A stretch of 64,000 bases of DNA from Candidatus Woesearchaeota archaeon (GTDB lineage Archaea > Nanobdellota > Nanobdellia > Pacearchaeales > GW2011-AR1): contig CAZOOJ010000001.1 in the NCBI GenBank assembly GCA_964581415.1, positions 36,096 to 100,095 on the forward strand. The letters are read 5' to 3'. The notes below the pieces were generated by a model. The model did no database searches. It was given only the letters and a program-made list of their open reading frames with translations, and was not told the DNA's origin. Positions within the stretch are counted from its first letter, which is position 1; every line of letters starts with the position of its first letter. A program made the translations under genes and the position numbers. This document shows positions 9,785 through 18,324 of this stretch, in pieces.

Positions 9785-10156
9785 TTAAATAATTTCTAAC
9801 TTCTTCTTTCCTCTGATAATTAATTTGGGCTTTTTAATTTTCTTTTTTAATTCTCTATCAAGAGTCGCTACAGTTATATTTTCATTTTTATTAGCAAACT
9901 CTGCTATAGCATTATCCAAATTTCTTTTTTCAAATTTTATTTTTTCAAAAGAAGATTTATTTAGAATTTTTAAAGCCAAATCAGCAATCTCTCTATGACG
10001 CTGTTTTTGTCTTGATTTTTTTATCTTTTTTATTTCTCTTATAACATTTTCTGGAATTATAATTTTAAAACCTCTGAGTTTTAATTCTTCAAAAAAATCT
10101 ATTTTTTGCTTTATACAGATTAGAATAAAATTTGTGTCTAATAATATTTTTTTCAT
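9785..10156 (-). CDS. PIN-domain protein (Fcf1/VapC-like small nuclease)
   Basis: LLDTNFIL N-terminal acidic motif, then downstream conserved acidic residues. Size ~120 aa. Confidence 0.45.
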   Translation of the reverse strand: MKKILLDTNFILICIKQKIDFFEELKLRGFKIIIPENVIREIKKIKKSRQKQRHREIADLALKILNKSSFEKIKFEKRNLDNAIAEFANKNENITVATLDRELKKKIKKPKLIIRGKKKLEII

Positions 10157-10284
10157 AAGAAATTGAAGAATTTCTAATATTAAAAGTTACTGATTCTAAT
10201 TTTTAAAAAAGACAAATTAACTTTAAAATATTCAGATACGAACAAGAACCTAACATTTATTAATTAATAATCTCTTTATTTTTA

Positions 10285-10833
10285 ATGAAAGAGATGGATA
10301 ATATTCTAAGAATTTTTATAGAAACAAGAACAGCTATTGAAAATGATGAAGTTATAAAATTAAAAGATTTAAGTAATCAAACAATACATACAGCATCAAT
10401 AAGTCAAGATGCAGATAATATAGCTGTTGCAGTCATTGTTTATTCTTTAAGTAAGATAATAGAAAGAGAATATTTTAATAAGAAAAGAAAAGAAGAAATT
10501 ATTCTTCTGATTAATAATTTGATTTCTTCTATTGAAAGAAAAGATAAGAATAAAATTAAAAATAATTTAATTCAATTAAGAAATAGCTTAGAGAAATTTT
10601 CTGGAAAAATAAAAGATTATATTCGAGATGTTTTTATAAAATCAAGTATAAACAAAGCTTCTAAAATTTATGAGCATGGAATATCTATGGAAAAAACAGC
10701 AAGCCTTCTTGGAATAACTATGTTTGATTTAGCTGGTTATGCTGGACAAAAATCTTCAATTTCTGAAATTCCAGAGAATAAAACAATAAATGTTAAATCA
10801 AGAATTAAATTAGCCATGGAAATGTTTGAATGA
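10285..10833 (+). CDS. Hypothetical protein (182 aa)
   Basis: ORF with a possible C-terminal HTH (…GISMEKTASLLGITMFDLAGYAG…). No confident family. Confidence 0.3.
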   Translation: MKEMDNILRIFIETRTAIENDEVIKLKDLSNQTIHTASISQDADNIAVAVIVYSLSKIIEREYFNKKRKEEIILLINNLISSIERKDKNKIKNNLIQLRNSLEKFSGKIKDYIRDVFIKSSINKASKIYEHGISMEKTASLLGITMFDLAGYAGQKSSISEIPENKTINVKSRIKLAMEMFE

Positions 10834-10851
10834 AATGGAGAAGACAATAAA

Positions 10852-11535
10852 ATGAATAAAATAGTAATTTTTGATGCAAGCACTTTAATTAGTTTTTCAA
10901 TGAATGGAATGTTAGATATTATTAAAGATTTAAAAAAGAATTTTAATGGTAAATTTATAATAACAAAAGATGTGAAAAGAGAAGTTATTGATAAGCCAAT
11001 TGAAATAAAAAAATTTGAATTAGAAGCATTAAAAATCAAACAACTTTTAAATGAAAAGATTCTTGAAATGTCTTGTTCTCTAGGAATTAAAGAAGATGAA
11101 ATTTCTAAAAAAACTAAAGAAATAATAGAAAGAGCAAGAAATATTTTTATAGCAGATAAAAAAATAAATCTGATTGATTCTGGAGAATCTTCATGTCTCG
11201 CATTATCTGTTATTTTAAATAAAAAAGGAATAAAAAATATTATTTGTATTGATGAGAGAACCACAAGAATCTTATGTGAAAAACCAGAAAATCTCAAAAA
11301 ACTTATGGAGAAAAGATTACATGCAAAATTAAAATATATTAAAAAAGATTTTAAATTTTTCAATCAATTTAAAATTATTCGTTCTGTTGAATTAGTATAT
11401 GTCGCATATAAAAAGAACTTAATAAAGATAGGAAATGGAAAACTTTTAGATGCTTTGCTTTATGCTTTAAAATTTAAAGGATGTGCAATTTCAGGAGAAG
11501 AAATTGAAGAAATGAAAAGAATAGGCAAAGATTAA
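10852..11535 (+). CDS. Hypothetical protein, possible PIN-like nuclease fold
   Basis: VIFDASTLI…IDSGESS…CIDERT show a spaced acidic-residue pattern compatible with a PIN-like domain. Weak. Confidence 0.3.
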   Translation: MNKIVIFDASTLISFSMNGMLDIIKDLKKNFNGKFIITKDVKREVIDKPIEIKKFELEALKIKQLLNEKILEMSCSLGIKEDEISKKTKEIIERARNIFIADKKINLIDSGESSCLALSVILNKKGIKNIICIDERTTRILCEKPENLKKLMEKRLHAKLKYIKKDFKFFNQFKIIRSVELVYVAYKKNLIKIGNGKLLDALLYALKFKGCAISGEEIEEMKRIGKD

Positions 11536-11568
11536 AGCTTTAAAAATCAAGAAATTCTAATAAAATTA

Positions 11569-11639
11569 GGGTGCGTCGCTTAATGGTAAAGTGGTCGGCT
11601 CCAGCCCGACAGCTGGGGGTTCAATTCCCTCCGCGCCCA
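11569..11639 (+). tRNA. tRNA-Trp (anticodon CCA)
   Basis: Cloverleaf read by eye: acceptor GGGTGCG/CGCGCCC, anticodon stem GTCGG/CCGAC with loop CTCCAGC, and T-loop GTTCAATTCC. Confidence 0.8.
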
Positions 11640-11649
11640 TATTTTTAAA

Positions 11650-11829
11650 ATGAGACTTAATAATCTAGTTGATAAAATTGAATCTGTTTATAATTCTATA
11701 CTTACTGAAAAATTAGAAATTTATGAAATAATGAATTCAACACCAGGAATGTATAAATTAGAAATAACTAAAACAGCTATTAATCTTGTCAAAAAGATAT
11801 CTTTCCCATATCTTAATAAAAACAAATAA
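11650..11829 (+). CDS. Hypothetical small protein (59 aa)
   Basis: Uninterrupted ORF MRLNNLVDKIESVYNSIL… that sits just below the ORF-track length cutoff. Confidence 0.2.
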   Translation: MRLNNLVDKIESVYNSILTEKLEIYEIMNSTPGMYKLEITKTAINLVKKISFPYLNKNK

Positions 11830-11888
11830 AAATCTAATTATAATTACCGAAGAATTTAAAAAGAAAAAGTTATTTTTTTATTATCAAA

Positions 11889-12230
11889 ATGGAAAATGAA
11901 GAAAACAAAATAAAAATTGAAGTAGAAGACTATGATTTTGAAGAAAAAGTAATAGAGAAAAGCAAAGAGATACCTGTTATTGTTGATTTTTGGGCTGAAT
12001 GGTGCATGCCTTGTTTGATATTAGGGCCTATTTTAGAAAAAATTATAAGTGAGAATAAAGGAAAATTTATTTTAGCTAAATTAAATGTTGATAGAGCTCC
12101 TGTAATAAGTCAAAAATATCAAATAACAAGCATTCCTTCAGTTAAAATCTTCAAGAATGGAGAGATCGTTGATGAGTTTATTGGCGCTTTACCAGAATCT
12201 TCTGTAAGAGAATATCTTAATAAAATTTAA
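11889..12230 (+). CDS. trx: Thioredoxin (active site WCMPC)
   Basis: FWAEWCMPC active-site motif in a thioredoxin-fold sized protein. The SIPSVKIFKNG block is also present. Confidence 0.8.
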   Translation: MENEENKIKIEVEDYDFEEKVIEKSKEIPVIVDFWAEWCMPCLILGPILEKIISENKGKFILAKLNVDRAPVISQKYQITSIPSVKIFKNGEIVDEFIGALPESSVREYLNKI

Positions 12231-12242
12231 AGAACTAATCAG

Positions 12243-12815
12243 ATGTTTAATATAAGCAAGAATAGGTGTATAGGTTGTGGGCTTTGTAGAAATATATGTC
12301 CAGAGCAAATAATATTAGATATAAAAAAAGGAATTTCAGTAATAAAAAAACAAGATGAAGAATGTTTAAAAAAGGCTGTAAAGATCTGTCCTCAAAAAGC
12401 AATAAAAGAAATCAAACAAGACTTGCTTTTTGCTATAGGAACAGATGACAAGGAAAAGATAAAATCTGATGATCATATAGGAGAATCAAAATATTTTCAA
12501 ATATGGAAATTTTCAGCTAAGACTGGAAAATTATCTTTTATTGTTACAAGAGAAAATTCAAAGTATAGAGAAAACGAGAATAGAATTCATGGAGATCCTA
12601 ATAAAGCCGAAGCCACATCCTCTGTTATAGAAGATATAGATGTCTTAGTAGGGAAAATATTTGGACCAAATATTCTTAGAATAAAAAATAAATTTGTTTG
12701 TGCTGTGATTAGAGAACCAAAAATTAAAAAAGCAATAGAGATAATTAAAGGTAATATTAATGAAATAATAGAAGAACAGGAGAAAGAAGAAAAAAAAGGT
12801 ATAATATTGCAATAA
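12243..12815 (+). CDS. Ferredoxin-like Cys-motif domain fused to a dinitrogenase FeMo-cofactor-family (NifX/NifB-C/MTH1175-like) domain
   Basis: N-terminus CIGCGLCRNICPE … CLKKAVKICPQKAI. The C-terminus HIGESKYFQIW…HG…DVLVGKIFGPN fits PF02579-type proteins. Confidence 0.5.
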   Translation: MFNISKNRCIGCGLCRNICPEQIILDIKKGISVIKKQDEECLKKAVKICPQKAIKEIKQDLLFAIGTDDKEKIKSDDHIGESKYFQIWKFSAKTGKLSFIVTRENSKYRENENRIHGDPNKAEATSSVIEDIDVLVGKIFGPNILRIKNKFVCAVIREPKIKKAIEIIKGNINEIIEEQEKEEKKGIILQ

Positions 12816-12844
12816 TAAAAATTAATAAATTTAATTTTATAAAA

Positions 12845-13180
12845 ATGGCTAAGGTTGTTAAAAGCAAATGTTTAGGATGTGGAATCTGTTCAAATATTTG
12901 TCCAGAAGGAATAGAAGTAGTAAATGGAAAAGCGAGAATAAAAGATGAAAATGCAGATTGTTTAAAAGATGCTGCAAATGCTTGTCCTCAGGAAGCTATT
13001 TTATTAAACGAAAAAGAAACTGAAAAAGAAGATACAGAATTTAATCAGAATAATAATGAAAATAATTGGAAACCAGGAATTGGTCAAGGAAGAGGATTAG
13101 GTGCAGGCAGAGGAAGAGGTCTTGGTATAGGCCCAAGAAATGGAAGGGGAAGAGGAATGGGTAGAGGAAGAAGGAGATAG
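12845..13180 (+). CDS. Ferredoxin-like Cys-motif protein, a paralog of the 12243 N-domain, with a C-terminal RGG/RG-repeat tail
   Basis: CLGCGICSNICPE … CLKDAANACPQEAI, followed by GQGRGLGAGRGRGLGIGPRNGRGRGMGRGRRR. Confidence 0.45.
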   Translation: MAKVVKSKCLGCGICSNICPEGIEVVNGKARIKDENADCLKDAANACPQEAILLNEKETEKEDTEFNQNNNENNWKPGIGQGRGLGAGRGRGLGIGPRNGRGRGMGRGRRR

Positions 13181-13336
13181 TAAAAAAGTTGTAGAGATTT
13201 TATTAATTTTTTCTTAAAAATAACTATTAATATTTTAAATAATAAAAAAATCTACTTTTGATTAATATATTTAAAGTAAAATTAATTTATTATAAAATAA
13301 AAAAATAAGGATAATTTAAGAATATAAAAGAATAAA

Positions 13337-13522
13337 ATGCCCTGTAAATGGTTTAAAGTTTGCCCTCTGAGAAAATTAGAAAAACAAGGAAGAATTAGTA
13401 TGAAATGGAGAAAAGAGTATTGTTTATCAGATAAAAATTATAAGAACTGTAAAAGATTTCAGCTTGAAAAAAAAGGTATAAAACGTCCTGATAATATGCT
13501 GCCTAATGGTGAAAGAATCTGA
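13337..13522 (+). CDS. Small Cys-rich hypothetical protein (61 aa)
   Basis: MPCKWFKVCP…YCLSD…NCKRF shows a four-Cys spacing. The family is unknown. Confidence 0.3.
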   Translation: MPCKWFKVCPLRKLEKQGRISMKWRKEYCLSDKNYKNCKRFQLEKKGIKRPDNMLPNGERI

Positions 13523-13639
13523 ACAGATAATTTATTCTAATCAAAAGATTTAAATAGTCGTATGAATTATTTTTCATATGTAAGAAATTTCATATGAAAT
13601 TTCCAGTATTTCAAAAAATTAAAAGAAAAATTTTTCAAA

Positions 13640-13984
13640 ATGAAAGAAAATTCATTTAATCCTTATATAAATCACAGAACATATCATCTCTTTTTTAGTA
13701 ATCTCGCAAATCCTATAAAAATAGGAATAATTCTCAGTTTAAGAAATAGCAATAAAAATGTCACAGAATTATCCAAAGACCTTATGATTGAACAAAGCAA
13801 ACTTTCCCATTCTCTAAGATCTTTAAAAAACTGCAAAATTGTAGAAGTAAATAAAAAAGGAAAAGAAAGAATTTATTCTTTAAATGAAAAAATAATAATT
13901 CCCATGTTAAAACTTATTGAAAGACATGTGCATATTGATTGCAAATGTGAATGTTGTATTATGAAAGGAACTTGTAAAAAGTGA
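13640..13984 (+). CDS. ArsR/SmtB-family transcriptional regulator with a Cys-rich C-terminus
   Basis: wHTH pattern …VTELSKDLMIEQSKLSHSLRSLKNCKIVEVNKKGKERIYSL, and a C-terminal CKCECCIMKGTC. It overlaps the downstream gene by 4 nt. Confidence 0.5.
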   Translation: MKENSFNPYINHRTYHLFFSNLANPIKIGIILSLRNSNKNVTELSKDLMIEQSKLSHSLRSLKNCKIVEVNKKGKERIYSLNEKIIIPMLKLIERHVHIDCKCECCIMKGTCKK

Positions 13985-14376
13985 TAAATCAAAAAGAATT
14001 ATTAAAAGAAGCAGGATATTCAGATAAAGCAATTAAGTATTTTTTGAATAGAGAAGGTGTTGGAACAATTAAAAATGCAGATTCTTCTGCAAGATACAAA
14101 GGTCCTTGTGGAGATATTATGGAATTTTTTCTAAAAATTGAAGAGAATATTATAAAAGATGTAAAATTTCAGGCAATAGGCTGCGCAGGTGCTTATTCTT
14201 CTGGTTCAGCATTGACTAAAATGATAAAAAACAAACCTTTAATAGAAGCAGAGAAGATAACTGAAAGAGATATTTTTAATCATCTTGGAAAAATTCCAGA
14301 TTCTAAAATTCATTGTGCACGATTAGCATTAATTACTTTAAAAAAAGCAATTGAAGATTATGAGAAGAAAAAATGA
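13981..14376 (+). CDS. IscU/NifU-like Fe-S cluster scaffold protein
   Basis: Three conserved Cys in the IscU arrangement: GPCGD, GCAGA and HCARLA. Confidence 0.65.
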   Translation: MINQKELLKEAGYSDKAIKYFLNREGVGTIKNADSSARYKGPCGDIMEFFLKIEENIIKDVKFQAIGCAGAYSSGSALTKMIKNKPLIEAEKITERDIFNHLGKIPDSKIHCARLALITLKKAIEDYEKKK

Positions 14377-14413
14377 ACAACAAGTTTATAAATAAAATAG
14401 TCTCTTTAATAAT

Positions 14414-14968
14414 ATGTTATGGGTAGTTTGGATATTAGTTGCTGTACTTGCGTTGATTTTAATAATGTTTATTTATTATTTCAATAAATTTATAGTTTTA
14501 AGCAACAGAATAGAGAATTCTCTTTCTCAAATAGATGTTCAGCTTAGGAAAAGAGCTGACCTTGTTCCAAATCTTTTGAATTCTGTTAAAGGTTATGTTA
14601 AACATGAAAAAGCAATGATAACAAAAGTCACAGAAGCGAGAAAAGCATTGCTTGGTGCAAAAGATATTGTTGGAAAAATGAAAGCAGGAAATCAATTACA
14701 ATCAGCATTAAAGAGTATCTTTGCTCTTGCTGAAAATTATCCTCAGTTAAAAGCAAATGAAAATTTCTTGCATTTACAACAGGAATTGTCAGCGATTGAA
14801 GATAAAGTAGCATATTCAAGACAATTTTATAATGATTCGATTTTGGATTACAATAATTCAGTAAAAGTTTTCCCTGGAATTATTTTCGCAGGAATTTTTA
14901 ACAAAAAAGAAAAACCTTACTTAAAAATTCCTGAAGAAAAAAGGGCTGTTCCAAAAGTTGAGTTCTGA
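14414..14968 (+). CDS. LemA family membrane protein
   Basis: N-terminal TM helix, then NRIENSLSQIDVQLRKRADLVPNLLNSVKGY…, the LemA signature. Confidence 0.75.
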   Translation: MLWVVWILVAVLALILIMFIYYFNKFIVLSNRIENSLSQIDVQLRKRADLVPNLLNSVKGYVKHEKAMITKVTEARKALLGAKDIVGKMKAGNQLQSALKSIFALAENYPQLKANENFLHLQQELSAIEDKVAYSRQFYNDSILDYNNSVKVFPGIIFAGIFNKKEKPYLKIPEEKRAVPKVEF

Positions 14969-15488
14969 ATAAGTTAAGAATAGTAAATATTTTTGGTGGA
15001 AAAAAGTTTCTTTATTTTAATCTTTTAATTTTGGTTGTTAATATCTTCAAGCAAACAATTTTTAGAAAGATTCTTAATAACAAAAATTTAACAAAAAATC
15101 AAAAAGTAATTATAAACAAAGCACGAAAGAAAGAATTTGAAAAAGATGAATCGAAAAATTTTCCAAAAGACTATGAGCCAGAAACATTGTGGTTTTTTTG
15201 AAAATAACTATCAATAAAGATTATTCCTATTAAAACAATGATTCCAATAATCAAATAATGTTTTTTTTTTCAGATATAATATCAAATTAATTCATTATTT
15301 AGATTTACCAAATATTCCTAGTAGAGTTAGAGCATAAAGATTACCCATTTATTAAAACTAACATAATCTTCCTCATGTTAATTTTTAATAATTTAATTTT
15401 ATTAAGAACTATGACAAAATTATATCACCCAGGAACAGTTTTTTATTTCATAAAATAACTTTTTATACTCTTTTTTATTAATTAATTT

Positions 15489-16376
15489 ATGGTTAAGCAT
15501 GTTTCATTTTATGAACAAATTTCACAGAATAAAAGAAATTCTTTTTTTCTGATTATTTTTATATTCGCAATTCTCGTTCTTCTAAGTTATGTGATTGGAC
15601 TAATCTATTCTGAATTTTTTTTCTTTATTTTAATAATTGGAATTATAATTTCAATTTCTTATATTTTAATAAGTTATTATAATTCAGATAAAATTGCTCT
15701 TAAATCAGTAAATGCAAAATCCGCATCAGGGCAGGAGTACAGACAAATACATAATATTGTCGAGGGATTATGCCTTGCAAGTGGAATGCCAAAACCGAAA
15801 ATTTATATTATGAAAGGAGAGCAGATAAATGCTTTTGCAACAGGAAGAGATCCCAAACATTCTGTAATTTGCGTGACAGAAGGAGCATTGAAAAAATTAA
15901 ACAAGCAGGAATTGGAAGGAGTTCTCGGGCACGAACTTTCACATATTGCAAATTATGATATAAGATTTATGACTCTTACAGCTGTCTTAGTTGGAATGAT
16001 TGCAATTATCTCCCAAATATTTTTAAGAAGTTTATGGTTTAGTGGAGGAAGAAATAGAGATGGAAAAAGCGGTGCAATTTTAATGATAATAGGAATTCTT
16101 CTTGCAATTCTCGCACCAATTGTTGTTATGCTTGTTCAATTTGCAATTTCAAGAAAAAGAGAATATGCAGCAGACGCGTCTTCTGTAAAATTCACGAGAA
16201 GCCCTACAGGATTAATAAATGCCTTGAAAAAAATAAAAACAGAAAACACGCCGATAAAAGTTTCAGGAGCAGTTTCTCCTCTTTTCATTTCAGACCCTTT
16301 TAGAAAAAAAATGTCTGGTTTAACACAAACACATCCGCCAATTGAAGAAAGGATTAAAGTTTTGGAAAGAATGTAA
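15489..16376 (+). CDS. htpX: HtpX-like M48 zinc metalloprotease
   Basis: TM helices, HELSHI (HExxH) zinc motif and a downstream E. It has the typical LemA neighbour. Confidence 0.8.
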   Translation: MVKHVSFYEQISQNKRNSFFLIIFIFAILVLLSYVIGLIYSEFFFFILIIGIIISISYILISYYNSDKIALKSVNAKSASGQEYRQIHNIVEGLCLASGMPKPKIYIMKGEQINAFATGRDPKHSVICVTEGALKKLNKQELEGVLGHELSHIANYDIRFMTLTAVLVGMIAIISQIFLRSLWFSGGRNRDGKSGAILMIIGILLAILAPIVVMLVQFAISRKREYAADASSVKFTRSPTGLINALKKIKTENTPIKVSGAVSPLFISDPFRKKMSGLTQTHPPIEERIKVLERM

Positions 16377-16428
16377 ATTTGCTGTAAAATATTCGATAAT
16401 TTTAAAACTTCTTTATCTTTCTGTTTTT

Positions 16429-17226
16429 ATGAATATAGAAAAAAAAGTAAATCAGACAATTCAAAAGTATAAACTTTGCAATAAAGAAGAAAGAATTTTA
16501 GTAGCAATTTCAGGAGGAGAAGACTCTGCTGTAATAGCTTATTTATTAAAAAAATTAGGATATAAATTAGAAGCGATTCATATTGATCTAGGACTTGGGA
16601 AATATAGTAAAAATTGTCTGAAATCTGTAAATAAATTATGTGACAAATTGCAGATAAAACTTCATGTCTATTCTGTAAAAAAAGAAATTGGAAAAACTCT
16701 GTTGGAAATTTTTAAAAAAAACAATAAAAAATTGAATAATTGCTATTTATGCGGAATAATAAAAAAATGGATTTTAAATAAAAAAGCAAGAGAATTAAAA
16801 GCAAATAAGATAGCAACAGGACATAATTTTAATGATGAAATAGAAACTTTTCTTATGAATATTTTAAAAGGAAGTCCTGCTCTAAATTCAAATTTTAATC
16901 CAATTTTAAAAATAAAAACTAAAAAATTCATAATTAGAATAAAACCTTTATTTTTTGTTAAGAAAAAAGATATTGGAAGTTATTCTCAGAAATTTAATCT
17001 TCCAATTTATAGAAAAATTTGCCCTTATCGTAAAGAGACTTACAGAGTTGAGATTAGAAATTTTATTAATAAACTTTCAGATAAAGAAAAGGAAAATTTT
17101 ATGAAAAATTTCTTAAAATTGTCAAAAAAAATAAAAAAAGAAGATAAAAAAATTAATTACTGTAAAATTTGCGGAGAGCCCTCTAGAAAAGATATCTGCA
17201 AGAAATGTGAATTAATAATCAGATGA
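16429..17226 (+). CDS. PP-loop ATPase of the TtcA/NcsA (Ncs6/Ctu1-like) tRNA thiolation family
   Basis: SGGEDS PP-loop (LVAISGGEDSAV) and a C-terminal CKICGEPSRKDICKKC zinc finger. The start is set at the internal MNIEKK, because the ORF-track start (16342) overlaps htpX. Confidence 0.55.
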   Translation: MNIEKKVNQTIQKYKLCNKEERILVAISGGEDSAVIAYLLKKLGYKLEAIHIDLGLGKYSKNCLKSVNKLCDKLQIKLHVYSVKKEIGKTLLEIFKKNNKKLNNCYLCGIIKKWILNKKARELKANKIATGHNFNDEIETFLMNILKGSPALNSNFNPILKIKTKKFIIRIKPLFFVKKKDIGSYSQKFNLPIYRKICPYRKETYRVEIRNFINKLSDKEKENFMKNFLKLSKKIKKEDKKINYCKICGEPSRKDICKKCELIIR

Positions 17227-17274
17227 TTATTCTATCAGAAGAAGATTTAATAAGTCTAATTACTATTAAATTTT

Positions 17275-17736
17275 ATGGAGAATAAGTCGGAAATTCTTCT
17301 TAAATATATTGGACTACATAAAAGAGAAAAGAGATATCATGAATTATTTCCTTTCTTATTCAATAGATACGTAAATGAAGAGGATTTGAATTCTTTTAGA
17401 GGAAAATTAAGCAGAAAGAATAAAAAATTCGCAACTGAGGTTTATTATAAATTAGAAAACTTAAAGAGTTCTGCTTTAAAAAAAATTTCAGAATTGAATG
17501 GGACTATTTTAAGACATCCAAAGGATATTGATTCTAAATTATTAGTAGATTCTGTTTTTAGTTGCTTAATGAAGAAAAATTTGGAAAAAGAAATTTTAAA
17601 TAATTTTGATATCAGTAAAGAAACATTAAAAGAAAGATATTTAGAAAGAAGAAGTGTTAATCCTAAAATATTTGAAGAAATAGGAAAAAATCAAGTATTC
17701 TATATCTTTCTTTTTGAAAAATTCTTAAATAAATAG
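17275..17736 (+). CDS. Hypothetical protein (153 aa)
   Basis: ORF only. Confidence 0.25.
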   Translation: MENKSEILLKYIGLHKREKRYHELFPFLFNRYVNEEDLNSFRGKLSRKNKKFATEVYYKLENLKSSALKKISELNGTILRHPKDIDSKLLVDSVFSCLMKKNLEKEILNNFDISKETLKERYLERRSVNPKIFEEIGKNQVFYIFLFEKFLNK

Positions 17737-17804
17737 TGCTTTTTAACTGTAACTTCTTTTGTGAAGTTAGAAAGATTTAAATAATAAAGGTTTATTAATT
17801 TTAT

Positions 17805-17854
17805 TGTTTATACAATAAACAAAGGAGTTTAACTTTAGACATACAACATATTGT
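17805..17854 (+). promoter_or_regulatory. Candidate operator region upstream of nrdR: a 17-bp perfect palindrome plus an NrdR-box-like palindrome
   Basis: TGTTTATacaATAAACA (17805-17821) and ACAACATATTGT (17843-17854, one mismatch from a perfect palindrome). Both resemble the A/T-rich NrdR-box core. They lie 35-80 nt upstream of the NrdR ATG. Confidence 0.35.
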
Positions 17855-17886
17855 ACTTTCTTAAAGTTAAAAGAAGTATTCAAAAA

Positions 17887-18324
17887 ATGAACTGTCCATA
17901 CTGTGGAAGCAAAAATTTAAGAGTAACTAATAAAAGAGATTCTCCTGAAGGAATAAGAAGAAGAAGAGAATGCATAAAATGTAAAAAAAGATTTACAACT
18001 TACGAAAAGCCTGTAAAAGAAGAATTATGTATAATAAAAAAAGACAAGAGAAGAGAAAAGTTTAATAGAGAAAAATTAGAAGAAGGTATAAAAAAAGCAT
18101 TTGAAAAGCGTCCAATATCAAAAGAAAAGGTTGAAAAGATGATAAATTTAATTGAAGAACAAATTAGAAGAAGAGGAAGCAGAGAAATAGAAAGCTCAAA
18201 AATTGGTGAGTTAGTAATGAAAAAAATAAAAAAATTAGATAATGTTGCTTATATAAGATTTGCGTCTGTATATAGAGATTTTCAGGATATTAAAGATTTT
18301 AAAAAAGAATTAAGAGGAATGTAA
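17887..18324 (+). CDS. nrdR: Transcriptional repressor NrdR (zinc ribbon + ATP-cone)
   Basis: MNCPYCGS…RRRRECIKCKKRFTTYE matches the NrdR zinc-ribbon signature and is followed by an ATP-cone. The start is set at the internal MNCPYCGS. Its stop abuts the nrdD start. Confidence 0.75.
   Translation: MNCPYCGSKNLRVTNKRDSPEGIRRRRECIKCKKRFTTYEKPVKEELCIIKKDKRREKFNREKLEEGIKKAFEKRPISKEKVEKMINLIEEQIRRRGSREIESSKIGELVMKKIKKLDNVAYIRFASVYRDFQDIKDFKKELRGM

Noticed and set aside
10737-11363. 208-aa minus-strand ORF overlapping 10852-11535 (+)
   Set aside because: It is an extremely F/I/L/S-rich low-complexity translation, the typical antisense artefact of a K/E-rich gene. The plus-strand ORF is preferred.
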